The notes beneath the pieces were generated by a model, which saw only the letters and a program-made list of their open reading frames with translations, ran no database searches and had not been told where the DNA came from. DNA of 25,921 bases. Source: a bacterium. Lineage in GTDB: Bacteria > Krumholzibacteriota > Krumholzibacteriia > G020349025. A program made the translations under genes and the position numbers. Shown here piece after piece: positions 1 through 9,934 of the stretch (the stretch's first letter is position 1; every line of letters begins with the position of its first letter). Location: assembly GCA_031362565.1 (NCBI GenBank), contig JANLSU010000094.1, forward strand, positions 1 to 25,921. The letters run 5' to 3'.

Positions 1-1927
1 GGCCGGCGCGCCGGAGTGCCGCCGCTTCATCTGGGCGCACGTGGGCGGGACCGGCGGCCAGGCTGGCGGCGCGCGCGAATGCCGCGCCCGCTTCTCCGAC
101 GCGTTGCAGGGCGAGTGTCGTGCGCCCAATGCCCTCGAGCCGCGCCACGCGCTCGGGAGCGATGTCCGGTTTTTCAAGGGCGCGCTGAAAGAGTCCGAGC
201 GCATCGGCATGGCGCTTCTGGCGCTCGCGAACGAGCCCCATGTCGTACAACGAACGCCCGTGCGGGTCGCCTCTGCGGTCCGCTTCGGCGAACGCGTCCC
301 ATGCGGCGTCCAAATCGCCGGCTGTGAAGAGCGCCGTTCCGGCAGCGAGCGGTGGCTTGTACGACCACGGCGCGAGATCGGTGGCGCGCCGGTACTCGGC
401 CAGGGCGGCGCTCGCCTGGTGCATGCGCTCGAGTTGCTCGCCATAGCGCAGACGCACGTCCGGATCGTTGGGATGCCGTGCGACTTCCCGCTCGTAGGCG
501 TGCAACGCGCCCTCGCGGTCACCAGTCCGCGCCAGGACTTCGGCACGGTCGAAATCGGGGCGTCCGAAGTCGGTCGCCCGGGCATTGAACCAGCCCGGCC
601 ACACGACGACGACCGCAAGCGCCACGACGGCACCCACTTGCAGCAGGCGGCGCCGGTCCCGGGTCTGGAGGCCGGCGGCGATCTGAGTGACCGCGGCGCC
701 GGCAGCGATCGCGATCCACGGCACCACGGCAATGCGATAGCGCGACGTGACGAAGAATGCAACGACGCCGGCCATTTGCAGCCACGCCATCACGTGCACC
801 GGCGTGCGGCGCCAAGCCCGGGCGGTGAGTACCAGTCCCGCGAGTCCAAGCGGCCCCAAGAGGGCCCAAGGAATGCCGGTCCACCGGAGCACCTCTGAAT
901 CGCCGCGCATCGCGCTCGAATCCTGATTGCGGTCGATCTCGGCGCGGTTCCAGAACAGCACCAGCTTGCGCCAGCCCAGTTTCGCCGCCGCGGCCGGCTC
1001 GTGCTCGAACCAATCGAACGCGGCGCGATAGAAGTTTTGCTGCCACTGCACGGGGTCGTTCATCGACCCGAAGCGCTGGGTGAGTTCTTCCCATCGCAGG
1101 CCGGGTCGAATGGCCACCGTGGTGTCGTAGTCGGGGTTGTTGCCGATATAGAAGTTGATCCCGCCGTTGACGGAAACCGGCACGAAGCGGCCCGAGGCGA
1201 TCCGGTTGTGACGCGCCGTCGGCACGAGGGCGAGAACAATCGGCGCCAAGAGTAAGACGAGCCGCCCAAGGCGTGCCCGGCGCGCGCCGGGCGCGAGGAC
1301 GACGACCACCGCGAGCGCCACGACCAGCGCAACATTAACCGGTCTTAATTGCAGCGCGAGTCCGGCGAGCGCCCCCGCGCCGAGATCGAGCCCAACTCCG
1401 GCGCGCTTCCCCACCCCTCCCAGCCCCGGTCCACGGCAGAGGAGATACGCGGCGCCCATCGACGCTGCGAGCGCCGCCGGTTCGATGAGGAGCTGATTTT
1501 CGAAGTAGGGCAGCGGCCCGTACAAACCCGTGCAGAGCCCTGCCACCCAGCCCGCCGTCACGCCGAAGGCGCCGGCGGCGAGCGCCGCCGCCAGTACCGC
1601 GGTGAGAACTCCACCCAACATCTGCAGGATGTAAATCGCTTCGACGTGTGGACCGGTCAGGCGATACACTTGGCCGACGAACCACGCGTAGGCAGGAGCC
1701 TTGTAGTAGACCTCGGGCCCCAGACCCTCGCCGCGCATGACCTGCATCGCCCGCGTGTGGTAGTCGGCGGCATCGACGAGCGGCACGCGCCAGTACGGAT
1801 GGTCATGCACCTCGGCGACGTATGCGACCCGCTGCAGCGCCGCCAGGCAGCCGATGACAACGAGCATTCGGGCCCAGGCGCGGCGTGCGTCGGCTTGCCG
1901 CCGCGCGCCGCGCGTCTTCGGAACCAA
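1..1927 (-). CDS. Polytopic GT-C fold (PMT/GT39-like) membrane glycosyltransferase with C-terminal TPR-like repeats; 3' end runs off the window
   Basis: Not in the ORF track (no stop inside the window). Hand translation from TTG 1927 (or ATG 1867): one TM, then RVPLVDAADYH...YYKAPAY, many hydrophobic helices, NGGINFYIGNNP, KLVLFWNRAEI, FFVTSRYR, then TPR-like units (ALHAYEREVARHPNDPDVRLRYG, ALAEYRRATDLAP, SLYDMGLVRERQKRHADALGLFQRAL). Confidence 0.85.
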   Translation of the reverse strand, partial: MVPKTRGARRQADARRAWARMLVVIGCLAALQRVAYVAEVHDHPYWRVPLVDAADYHTRAMQVMRGEGLGPEVYYKAPAYAWFVGQVYRLTGPHVEAIYILQMLGGVLTAVLAAALAAGAFGVTAGWVAGLCTGLYGPLPYFENQLLIEPAALAASMGAAYLLCRGPGLGGVGKRAGVGLDLGAGALAGLALQLRPVNVALVVALAVVVVLAPGARRARLGRLVLLLAPIVLALVPTARHNRIASGRFVPVSVNGGINFYIGNNPDYDTTVAIRPGLRWEELTQRFGSMNDPVQWQQNFYRAAFDWFEHEPAAAAKLGWRKLVLFWNRAEIDRNQDSSAMRGDSEVLRWTGIPWALLGPLGLAGLVLTARAWRRTPVHVMAWLQMAGVVAFFVTSRYRIAVVPWIAIAAGAAVTQIAAGLQTRDRRRLLQVGAVVALAVVVVWPGWFNARATDFGRPDFDRAEVLARTGDREGALHAYEREVARHPNDPDVRLRYGEQLERMHQASAALAEYRRATDLAPWSYKPPLAAGTALFTAGDLDAAWDAFAEADRRGDPHGRSLYDMGLVRERQKRHADALGLFQRALEKPDIAPERVARLEGIGRTTLALQRVGEAGAAFARAASLAAGPAHVRPDEAAALRRAG

Positions 1928-1933
1928 GACCGA

Positions 1934-2299
1934 TCACACGCCGGCGGTTTGCAACAGTTCCGGCAGCCGCTGCGTGAAGCCGGTCTTGGGCAGCACGACG
2001 TCGGCGCCGAGCTGGTTCGCTTCTTCCATCAGTTCCGCACGCGAGTGCGAGGAGTACGCTACGACGCGCGCCGTCCGCCACTCCGGATGCTCCTTGATGC
2101 GCTTCAGCATTTCCATGGGCCGCAGCGATTCGGCACCCAGGTCCATGATGATGAGGCCGGGCGCGGCGCCGCTCAAGCGGCGTTCGAGGCCCTGCACGTC
2201 ACGCACGAACCGCACGTCACGCGCCAGGCCACGCGCCGACTCGCGGATCTTGGCGGTGAAGAAGATGTCCTCGACGAACACGATGATTTCTTTGGTCAC
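1934..2299 (-). CDS. Single-domain response regulator (receiver domain)
   Basis: 121 aa; N-terminal acidic pair (VED), phospho-acceptor LIIMDL, VVAYSS, GADVVLPK; GGAGGAG RBS before a GTG start. Confidence 0.85.
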   Translation of the reverse strand: MTKEIIVFVEDIFFTAKIRESARGLARDVRFVRDVQGLERRLSGAAPGLIIMDLGAESLRPMEMLKRIKEHPEWRTARVVAYSSHSRAELMEEANQLGADVVLPKTGFTQRLPELLQTAGV

Positions 2300-2333
2300 G
2301 ATCTCTCCTCCGAAGGTCGATTTTGAAATGCGC

Positions 2334-3845
2334 TCAGATACTATCCATCATTTCGTGCGGCATGAGCTCCCGCGTCGAGCGGAAGTACATGTTGTCGGGA
2401 TAGGCGAGAAAATTACTCACCGCACTCGTGTACACGCACGCGAAGTCCTTGACTTGATGGCCGAAGCGGCTGTTGATGTCGCCACATTTGAAGAGCTTGC
2501 CCCAGCTGGGGCTATAGCTGCGATCCAGTTCGGCCTTGCGCGTCTTGATGTCGGCGTGGATCTGCGCCACTTCCTCCTTGAGACCCTGGACGCGCGATTC
2601 GGCGCCACTGGCCAAATCCAATGCCCGGCTGCGATCCTCGTCCGGGATTTCCATCGCCCCGCTGCGGCTCGCGAGATGCAGCACTCGACGGCGCAAGCGA
2701 TGGATCTCGAGGACCAGATGGTTGCGGCGCGCCAGCAACTGATCGATGGCGTGAAACTGCGGCCCCAGCGCCTGGTTGATCTCGATCTCGCCCTTCAGCT
2801 CCTCGATCAGCATGGCGGTGCGCCAACCGGGGCGCTTCTTGGCGCGCAGGATGTCGCCGAACGTGTGGTCGCCGACATAGAGGATTTCGTCGCCGCGATG
2901 GCCAATCTTGTCTTCGAGAATGCGCGCACAGCCGCGCGTCTGCACCGCCGGCGGTCCCGGATGCATGCCGGCTTTTTCCATGTCCTCCGGCCCCAGTTCC
3001 GCCATCGGCCGGTCCGACTGATAGAAATCCGGTTTGCCGGCGCTCACCACGACCACTTCGAAATAGTCGCGCCAGCGCGGATACTGCTCCAAGGCGTTAT
3101 CCAGCAGGAAATGCATCACGGTCTCCGTGTAGTAAGGCTCGGAGTTCGTGAGCAGAAAGAGTTTTTTGCCCTGGGCCCGGAACGCCGCCAGGGTCGACGG
3201 CAAGAGTGGATCGCGGACGATGAAGTGCGCCGGGTCGCGGACAATCTCGCGCTTGATGGTGTTGTCGGCGTGCGCCCGGTCGATGCATTTGCGAACGTCC
3301 TCGTAGACCCGCAGATAGTCGCGCCACGGACGGTTCGGCGGCGTTTCGAAGTAATCGACGAGCTGCAGGAAGAGCGCCGCTTCCGGCAAGCCGAACAGCG
3401 TGTCGATGGACATGTACTTGTCACTCGACAGACGAATGCGGCTGTTGCGGTACAGGCGCTTGCGGTCTTCGCTCGGAATGAGCCGGTTGCCATGGTAACC
3501 GCGCGTCACGTAGCTGTACTGGTCGATCTTGAGGACATTGCCGAGCCGCTTGTCGACCACCAATCCCCGGATGACCTGGTGCGGGTCGTATTCGAGGGCC
3601 CGGATGGCTTCTGGATAGTGCAGCTCGTCGACCAGCTTGCTGCGGGTGGCGTCGAAGGCGAGCTTCTCGAGTACGACCTTGTCGTACACCGCGAGTGTGT
3701 AGTCCATGTCGAATCCGATGGCGCGCACGTTGCGCATCCGCAGGTTGCGATTCACGAAGATGCGGCGCGCCGGCTCGATGTGCGACTCGCCGGCGTAGAC
3801 TTCCGCCGGCGGGATGACCTCGATCGGCGGCTTTTGCAGCGCCAT
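2334..3845 (-). CDS. HAD-IG family 5'-nucleotidase (cytosolic nucleotidase II-like)
   Basis: RIFVNRNL, motif I GFDMDYTL, LFLLTNS, AGKPDF, YVGDHTFGDILRAKK, WRTAMLIEEL, ACVYTSAVSNF. ATG 3845 chosen from the upstream GGAAGGA; TACTAT -10-like box at 3954-3959. Confidence 0.93.
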   Translation of the reverse strand: MALQKPPIEVIPPAEVYAGESHIEPARRIFVNRNLRMRNVRAIGFDMDYTLAVYDKVVLEKLAFDATRSKLVDELHYPEAIRALEYDPHQVIRGLVVDKRLGNVLKIDQYSYVTRGYHGNRLIPSEDRKRLYRNSRIRLSSDKYMSIDTLFGLPEAALFLQLVDYFETPPNRPWRDYLRVYEDVRKCIDRAHADNTIKREIVRDPAHFIVRDPLLPSTLAAFRAQGKKLFLLTNSEPYYTETVMHFLLDNALEQYPRWRDYFEVVVVSAGKPDFYQSDRPMAELGPEDMEKAGMHPGPPAVQTRGCARILEDKIGHRGDEILYVGDHTFGDILRAKKRPGWRTAMLIEELKGEIEINQALGPQFHAIDQLLARRNHLVLEIHRLRRRVLHLASRSGAMEIPDEDRSRALDLASGAESRVQGLKEEVAQIHADIKTRKAELDRSYSPSWGKLFKCGDINSRFGHQVKDFACVYTSAVSNFLAYPDNMYFRSTRELMPHEMMDSI

Positions 3846-4098
3846 TCCCGGTTTCCTTCCGACCGCCCGTCCCATGGGTGGCGGCGCCGCGGGGTGGTGC
3901 GGCTTAAAACGCGACATCGACGGCTCGGAATCCGACCGTCCAAAAAACAGTTCATAGTACCGGACTGCGGGCCCGCCCACCAGGGCCGATCGGGGGCGGT
4001 CTGGACCGCGCCGCCCCCAAACTCGTACGCTGGCGGCACTTGGGCCTCCCTCCCATGGTCTTTTGCGGCATCACCGGCGGCCACAAGGTGAGGTGTGC

Positions 4099-4671
4099 GT
4101 GTCCCGACTGCCCCGTTCGACCCCGCTGCCGCCCGGCGCCGGCCGTGGCGGGCACCGGTCCCGCGGCACCGGGCGGCCCGCGCTCCGCTTCGGCCTCTTG
4201 TTCGCGGCGGCGGCGATCGGCCTCTTCGGGCTTTATCAAGTCACCGAGATCACCCATACCTTCCATGCCGTCAACGAACTCAACGCGACGCTCTGCGTGC
4301 AACTGTTGCGGTTCGGCGGGATTCCGGTCGAGCGCTCCGGAACGACCCTGCTGCTCCCAACCGGCGGCATGGATGTGGTGAGCGAATGCTCGGCGATCTA
4401 CGTGCTGATTCTGTTTTCGGCGGCGGTGCTGGCCTTCCCGACGACCTGGAAGGCGCGCGGCCGCGGACTGCTGATGGGCCTGCCCATTCTTTTCGCGGTC
4501 AACCTCCTGCGCCTGGTCTCGCTCGGGGTCGTCATTCGGTTTCGCGCCGCGCTCTTGCCACTCTTTCACGAATACCTGTGGCAGGTGCTGTTCATCCTGG
4601 TCGTCGCCGCTTTGTACCTGTTCTGGATCGAGAGGATCGTGCCGCGTGCGGGGACTCGTTCGGCCGCTTAG
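4099..4671 (+). CDS. xrtH: Exosortase/archaeosortase family transpeptidase, exosortase H-like
   Basis: Short multi-TM protein with the Cys-Arg-His triad context VVSECSAI, AVNLLRLVSL, LFHEYLWQVLF; AAVLAFP-x-x-W motif. GTG 4099 follows AAGGTGAGG. Confidence 0.82.
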   Translation: MSRLPRSTPLPPGAGRGGHRSRGTGRPALRFGLLFAAAAIGLFGLYQVTEITHTFHAVNELNATLCVQLLRFGGIPVERSGTTLLLPTGGMDVVSECSAIYVLILFSAAVLAFPTTWKARGRGLLMGLPILFAVNLLRLVSLGVVIRFRAALLPLFHEYLWQVLFILVVAALYLFWIERIVPRAGTRSAA

Positions 4672-5176
4672 GTTCGTCGCCGTTTCGGTGCCGCTCTTCT
4701 TGGCCTGGGAATGGCTGCTGCGGACGCCGTATCTGACCTTGCTCGCGCACACCTTCGCGCTCATGGCACGGCTGTGCGGCATCAAGGTCCACGTGGTCGA
4801 AGTGCAGGGCGGCAACATCCGCTTCGCCTACGGCGACGTCGTGTGGGTAGACGAGTTCGGCCTCACGGGGGTGAACGTCGTGGCCTTCGTGGCGCTCGTC
4901 CTCGCGACCGGCCCGGTGTCGTGGCCACGGCGCGGCCGCATGCTGGCGCTCGGTGCCGGCCTGCTGTTCGCAACCCAGATTCTCGGCCTGTGGACCGACA
5001 TCGTGCACGTGCATCTGCATGATCGCGCCCAGACGGCGGCGTTCGCGAACGGGCTCCGCGCTTTCATGACCGGCTTTGGGACCTTCTTCTTTCCGTTGTT
5101 CATTTGGCTGTGGCTGGTGCGGGATCACCTGCCATTCGCCCGGGCGCCCGAGCCGGGCGGCGTCGAGAACCCATGA
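4646..5176 (+). CDS. Membrane protein resembling exosortase H-associated proteins
   Basis: Overlaps the exosortase 3' end; about 4 TM segments; FVALVLAT-x-x-x-x-WPRR...LALGAGLL and a C-terminal FFPLFIW; no Cys in the catalytic context. Confidence 0.65.
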   Translation: MRGLVRPLRFVAVSVPLFLAWEWLLRTPYLTLLAHTFALMARLCGIKVHVVEVQGGNIRFAYGDVVWVDEFGLTGVNVVAFVALVLATGPVSWPRRGRMLALGAGLLFATQILGLWTDIVHVHLHDRAQTAAFANGLRAFMTGFGTFFFPLFIWLWLVRDHLPFARAPEPGGVENP

Positions 5177-6555
5177 CCGATCCGCGCCCCACGCCTACGG
5201 CTGCCGGCACGCCGCCGTCTCCTGCACCGCGCGGCGCACCGCCCGAGCTCGTGCGCCGGCTGGGGGCTTGGGCGGCAGCCGCGATCGTCGTCGGCAATGT
5301 CATCGGCTCCGGCATCTTCGTCGCGCCCGGTGATGTCATGCGCGCCCTGGGCGATCCACGCGCCTGCGTTGCGGCTTGGGTGATGGGTGGATTGCTGTCG
5401 CTCTTCGGCGCGTTGGCATTCGCGGAGTTGGGAGCGGCGTATCCGGAAACCGGCGGCGCCTACATCTATTTGCGGCGCGCATTCGGAGCCCGCCTGGCAT
5501 TCGTGTTCGGATGGGCCGAACTGTGGGTGATCAAACCGACCGGCGCCGCCGGCATCGCCGTCGTCTTCGCGCAGTACGTGCACGCATTGTCGCCGGCGTT
5601 CGCACCGCGCGCCGTGGCGATCGCCGCCCTCGTCCTCGTGTATGCGCTCAACTACCGGAGTGTCGCGGCGAGCAGCAGGGTGCAATTCGGGCTGACGTTG
5701 GTGAAGGCGGCGGGGCTCGCGGTGCTGGCCGGGCTCGCGTTCCAGCACTGGGGACCGGTTGCACGGGGGACGGTGCACACCCCGGGAATCGCCGCTTGGG
5801 GCGCGGCGCTCGTGCCCATCTTGTGGACGTACGATGGCTGGTCGGACGTCAACTACATCGCCGGTGAGGTGCGATCACCGCAACGCAACCTGCCCCTCGG
5901 CCTGGTGGCCGGCACGGCGTTCGTGGCGACGCTGTATGTGGTGGTGGTGCTGGCCGTGTTGGCGGTCGTGGACCCCGCGACCCTCGAGCCCGGCTCGCCG
6001 GTGCTGAGTACGCTCGCGCGGCGGGCGTGGGGCGCACCGGGCGCCAATGCGGTGACCGCCCTCGTGTTGCTGTCGACGTTCGGATCATTGCTCGCCGGTG
6101 CCATCACGACGCCACGAATCTTCTACGCCATGGGACGCGACCGGCTGTTCTTCGCATCGCTGGGTGGCGTCCACCCGCGCTTCCGCACCCCGCACACCGC
6201 GATCCTCGCCATCGCGGTGGGTGCCATCGCCTTTGTGCTCGCCGGAAATTTCGACCAGATCATCACGTTCTTCGTGTTCGTGATGTGGCTGTTCTATGCC
6301 CTGACCGGCATCGCGCTGTTTCGACTGCGGCGCTTGGAACCTGGCACGCCGCGGCCGTATCGCACCCCGGCCTATCCCCTCGCCCCGGCACTGTTCGTCG
6401 TGGCCTCGTGCGGCATGCTGGTCAGCGTCGTGCTGGCCGCCAGCCGTGAGTCGCTGATCGGGTTGGCGTTGGTGGTCTCCGGCGTGCCGATGTACGACAT
6501 CTGGCGGCGCCTGCGGCGTGAACCGGGCGGGCCGCCGCCCGCGCCAAAGGCGTGA
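5173..6555 (+). CDS. APC-family amino acid permease
   Basis: VVGNVIGSGIF, FAELGAAYPETGGAYIYL, WTYDGW...GEVRSPQRNLP, RIFYAMGRD, RPYRTPAYP; ATGA overlap with the upstream gene. Confidence 0.95.
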   Translation: MTDPRPTPTAAGTPPSPAPRGAPPELVRRLGAWAAAAIVVGNVIGSGIFVAPGDVMRALGDPRACVAAWVMGGLLSLFGALAFAELGAAYPETGGAYIYLRRAFGARLAFVFGWAELWVIKPTGAAGIAVVFAQYVHALSPAFAPRAVAIAALVLVYALNYRSVAASSRVQFGLTLVKAAGLAVLAGLAFQHWGPVARGTVHTPGIAAWGAALVPILWTYDGWSDVNYIAGEVRSPQRNLPLGLVAGTAFVATLYVVVVLAVLAVVDPATLEPGSPVLSTLARRAWGAPGANAVTALVLLSTFGSLLAGAITTPRIFYAMGRDRLFFASLGGVHPRFRTPHTAILAIAVGAIAFVLAGNFDQIITFFVFVMWLFYALTGIALFRLRRLEPGTPRPYRTPAYPLAPALFVVASCGMLVSVVLAASRESLIGLALVVSGVPMYDIWRRLRREPGGPPPAPKA

Positions 6556-6613
6556 GCCAACACCCCGCGGACGCATCGGGGCACGACCGGCCGGCCTTCC
6601 CGCGCCCCGGCCC

Positions 6614-6652
6614 GAAAACGACGAAGCCCCCGGCACCAGGGCCGAGGGCCTC
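6614..6652 (-). terminator. Probable intrinsic terminator downstream of tRNA-Glu
   Basis: Minus strand GAGGCCCTCGGC-CCTGGT-GCCGGGGGCTTC (12 bp including 2 G-U) followed by GTCGTTTTC, 5 nt after the CCA. Confidence 0.65.
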
Positions 6653-6657
6653 GAGAG

Positions 6658-6733
6658 TGGTAGCCCCACGGGGAATCGAACCCCGGTTTGATGGCTGAGA
6701 ACCATCCGTCCTAGGCCACTAGACGATGGGGCC
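6658..6733 (-). tRNA. tRNA-Glu (anticodon CTC)
   Basis: 76 nt GGCCCCATCGTCTAGTGGCCTAGGACGGATGGTTCTCAGCCATCAAACCGGGGTTCGATTCCCCGTGGGGCTACCA; acceptor GGCCCCA/TGGGGCT, anticodon arm GATGG-TTCTCAG-CCATC, GTTCGATT T-loop, encoded CCA. Confidence 0.97.
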
Positions 6734-6920
6734 ACGAAGCGGCGCGCTCCGGCTTGGAGTGCAAGCGGGACGTGTACCATTTGCCTGCGAGCGTGGTCAA
6801 CCCCACCGCGGGTGCTTGGCCAGACGCGATTCCGTTCCCTTGATCGCCATGGCCTTGGACTTGTATCCTGCGCGGCTCGGGATCCAAAGGTTCCTCTTCT
6901 GCCGCCGTGAGCGTGATTCC

Positions 6921-8633
6921 ATGAGCGTCGCCCCAGTTGAGTCGATCGATTTCGTGCGCCGGATCATCTTGGCGCACAACGAGTCCGGGCGCTTCGGCGG
7001 CCGCGTTCATACGCGCTTCCCGCCGGAACCCAACGGCTACCTGCACATCGGACATGCGAAAGCGATGCTGCTCAACTACGGGCTCGCGGTCGAGTTCGGC
7101 GGCAAGTTCAACCTGCGGTTCGACGACACGAATCCGGCCAAGGAAGAACAGGAATACATCGATGCCATCCGCGCCGATGTGGCCTGGCTCGGCTGCGACT
7201 GGGAAGATCGCGAGCTGTACGCGTCCGACTACTTCGAGCAGTTGTACGCCTGGGCGGTGCAGTTGATCGGCGCCGGCAAGGCGTACGTCGACAGCTTGAC
7301 GGCCGAACAGATCAGCGAGTACCGCGGCACCGTCATCCAGCCCGGCGAGAAGATCGACACCAAGCCGGGGCGCGACAGCCCGTACCGCAGCCGTCCGGTG
7401 GCCGACAATCTCGACCTGTTCGCGCGCATGCGCGCCGGCGAGTTTCCGGATGGGGCGCACGTCGTGCGCGCCAAGATCGACATGACGCACCCGAACCTCA
7501 ACCTGCGCGACCCGATCTTGTATCGCATCCTGCGCGCCACCCATCCGCGCACCGGCGACACATGGTGCATCTACCCGACGTACGATTGGGCGCACGGCCA
7601 GAGCGATTCCATCGAGGGCATCACGCACTCCATTTGCACCCTGGAGTTCGAGAACCACCGGCCGTTGTACGATTGGTATCTCGACGCCATCGGGATCCAC
7701 CATCCACAGCAGATCGAGTTCGCGCGCCTCGAACTCACCTACACGGTCATGAGCAAGCGGCGGCTGTTGCGGCTCGTCGAGGAGCGGCGCGTCAACGGCT
7801 GGGACGATCCGCGCCTGCCGACGCTGACCGGCCTGCGGCGGCGCGGCTTCACGCCGGAGTCGATTCGCGCTTTCTGCAAGCGCATCGGCATTTCCAAGTC
7901 ATTGAGCACGGTCGACGTCGGTACGCTCGAGGAATGCGTGCGGGAGCACCTGAACCGGGTGGCGCCGCGCGCCATGGCGGTGCTGCACCCGTTGCGCGTC
8001 GTGGTCGAGAATTACCCGGCGGACCGCACCGAAATGTTCGACGTCCTGGTGAATCCGGAGGATCCGGCGGCGGGAATGCGGCAAGTGCCGTTCTCCCAGG
8101 TGCTCTACGTCGAGCGCGAGGACTTCATGGAGGACCCGCCGAAGCAATTCTTCCGTTTGTCGCCCGGGCGTGAGGTGCGCCTGCGCGGCGCCTATTACTT
8201 GACCTGCAGAGAGGCCGTCAAGGATGCGGACGGCAACGTCGTCGAGTTGCGCTGTACGTACGATCCCGAGACCCGCGGCGGCAATGCGCTGGATGGCCGC
8301 AAGGTGAAGGCGACGCTGCACTGGGTGTCGGCCGCGCACGCCATCGACGCCGAGGTGCGCCTCTACGACCGGCTCTTCGTCAAAGAAGATCCGGACGACG
8401 CCGAACCGGGGAGCGACTGGCTCGCGAATCTGAATCCCGGGTCGCTCGAGGTGCTGCGGGATTGCAAACTGGAACCGGGGCTCGCCACTGCCGCACCCGG
8501 CGACCGGATCCAGTTCGAGCGGCTGGGCTACTTCTGCGTCGATCGCGATTCGACGCCCGGCATGCCGGTGTTCAATCGTACCGTCGGATTGCGCGATCAG
8601 TGGGCGAAGGCCCAACAGAAGGGCCGGGCGTGA
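6921..8633 (+). CDS. glnS: Glutaminyl-tRNA synthetase
   Basis: [18 protein letters not shown] (HIGH), [51 protein letters not shown]; no C-terminal YqeY extension. Confidence 0.97.
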   Translation: MSVAPVESIDFVRRIILAHNESGRFGGRVHTRFPPEPNGYLHIGHAKAMLLNYGLAVEFGGKFNLRFDDTNPAKEEQEYIDAIRADVAWLGCDWEDRELYASDYFEQLYAWAVQLIGAGKAYVDSLTAEQISEYRGTVIQPGEKIDTKPGRDSPYRSRPVADNLDLFARMRAGEFPDGAHVVRAKIDMTHPNLNLRDPILYRILRATHPRTGDTWCIYPTYDWAHGQSDSIEGITHSICTLEFENHRPLYDWYLDAIGIHHPQQIEFARLELTYTVMSKRRLLRLVEERRVNGWDDPRLPTLTGLRRRGFTPESIRAFCKRIGISKSLSTVDVGTLEECVREHLNRVAPRAMAVLHPLRVVVENYPADRTEMFDVLVNPEDPAAGMRQVPFSQVLYVEREDFMEDPPKQFFRLSPGREVRLRGAYYLTCREAVKDADGNVVELRCTYDPETRGGNALDGRKVKATLHWVSAAHAIDAEVRLYDRLFVKEDPDDAEPGSDWLANLNPGSLEVLRDCKLEPGLATAAPGDRIQFERLGYFCVDRDSTPGMPVFNRTVGLRDQWAKAQQKGRA

Positions 8634-9934
8634 CGGCGATGAACGCCGACTGGAAATCGCGCGCCACCTCGCCCGAACAAGCTCTCGCCCATGTACAGAG
8701 CGGCATGCATGTCTTCATCCATGGCGCCTCGGCGACGCCGACACCGCTTCTCGAGGCCCTCGGACGCCGCGACGATCTCGAAAACGTCCGCCTGTACCAC
8801 CTGCACTTGACCGGCGAAGTGCCCTTTGCGAGGCCGGAATTCGCTGGGCGCTTGCTGTCGACTTCGCTCTTCACCGGTCCGTCGCTCCGCCAGCCGATCG
8901 AGGAGGGCCGGGCCGACTTCATGCCCATCTTTCTGTCGGACATTCCAGGGCTGTTCAGTTCCGGGCTCATTCCGCTCGACGTGGCGTTGCTGCAACTGTC
9001 GCCGCCCGATGCGCACGGCTGCTGCACCCTCGGCCCCTCGGTCGACACGGCGCGCGCCGCCGCCGATTCGGCCCGCATCATCATCGCCGAGATCAACGAA
9101 CAGTTGCCGCGCACCCATGGCAATTCCTTCGTCCGCTTCGATCGGGTGACGGCGTTCATCCACACCGACCGGCCGGTGGCCGAGAGTCCGGTGCCGCGCG
9201 AATCGGCTGTCGAGGCGCGCATCGGGGAAATCGTCGCGGGACTGGTGGAGGACGGCGCCACGCTGCAAATGGGCATCGGGGCGATCCCGGACGCCGTGTT
9301 GGCGCGGCTCGGCAACAAGCACGACCTGGGTGTTCACACCGAGATGTTTTCCGACCGCTTGGTGGATCTGTTCGAGTCAGGGGCGATCACCAACCGCTTG
9401 AAGCAAGTGCATCCGGGGCGCATCGTGACGAGCTTCGTCACCGGGACCCGGCGCCTCTTCGATTTCGTCCACGACAACCAGATGGTCGAGTTCCACGGTT
9501 GCGACCGCACCAATGACACAGCGCTCATCCGCAAGAATCCCAAGGTGACGGCAATCAATTCGGCGCTGGAAATCGACCTCTCGGGCCAAGTCTGCGCCGA
9601 TTCCATCGGCCACCGGATCTATTCGGGCATTGGCGGGCAGATGGACTTCATGCGCGGCGCAGCGTTGTCGGTGGGCGGCAAGCCGATCATCGCGCTCGCC
9701 TCGACGGCGGCCAACGGCAGCCTGTCGCGTCTCGTTCCAGAACTCAAAATGGGCGCCGGAGTGGTGACGACCCGCGGCCACGTGCACTGGATCGTCACCG
9801 AATATGGCGCCGTGAACCTGCACGGCAAAACGCTGCGCGAGCGCGCCGCGGCGCTCGTCTCCATCGCCCATCCGGATTTCAGAAGCGAGTTGCGCAAGGC
9901 CTACGCGGGGATCCGGCACATCACCCTACAGTGA
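8630..9934 (+). CDS. Acetyl-CoA hydrolase/transferase family protein (4-hydroxybutyrate CoA-transferase-like)
   Basis: [24 protein letters not shown] (catalytic Glu), [31 protein letters not shown] overlap with the glnS stop (alternative ATG 8639). Confidence 0.93.
   Translation: MTAMNADWKSRATSPEQALAHVQSGMHVFIHGASATPTPLLEALGRRDDLENVRLYHLHLTGEVPFARPEFAGRLLSTSLFTGPSLRQPIEEGRADFMPIFLSDIPGLFSSGLIPLDVALLQLSPPDAHGCCTLGPSVDTARAAADSARIIIAEINEQLPRTHGNSFVRFDRVTAFIHTDRPVAESPVPRESAVEARIGEIVAGLVEDGATLQMGIGAIPDAVLARLGNKHDLGVHTEMFSDRLVDLFESGAITNRLKQVHPGRIVTSFVTGTRRLFDFVHDNQMVEFHGCDRTNDTALIRKNPKVTAINSALEIDLSGQVCADSIGHRIYSGIGGQMDFMRGAALSVGGKPIIALASTAANGSLSRLVPELKMGAGVVTTRGHVHWIVTEYGAVNLHGKTLRERAAALVSIAHPDFRSELRKAYAGIRHITLQ

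Noticed and set aside
1925..1936. Receiver gene and GT-C gene share a frame separated by one TGA (possible readthrough or selenocysteine fusion)
   Set aside because: Both proteins look complete on their own, a TTG start follows two codons later, and same-frame adjacency occurs by chance one time in three.
3919..4018. Hairpins in the divergent nucleotidase/exosortase intergenic region (3919-3940, 3992-4018)
   Set aside because: Short GC-rich stems without a correctly placed U tract; expected by chance at this GC content.
1854..4091. 745-aa plus-strand ORF and similar shadows (41-898, 1349-2326, 6711-7703, 21118-22227)
   Set aside because: They overlap well-supported genes on the opposite strand and have no recognisable motifs.
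6726..6920. N-terminal extensions given by the ORF track (glnS from 6726; also nucleotidase 3980, permease 5104, CoA-transferase 8462, racemase 11809)
   Set aside because: The extensions are not protein-like, some overlap neighbouring genes or the tRNA, and downstream starts fit RBS, coupling or family N-termini better.
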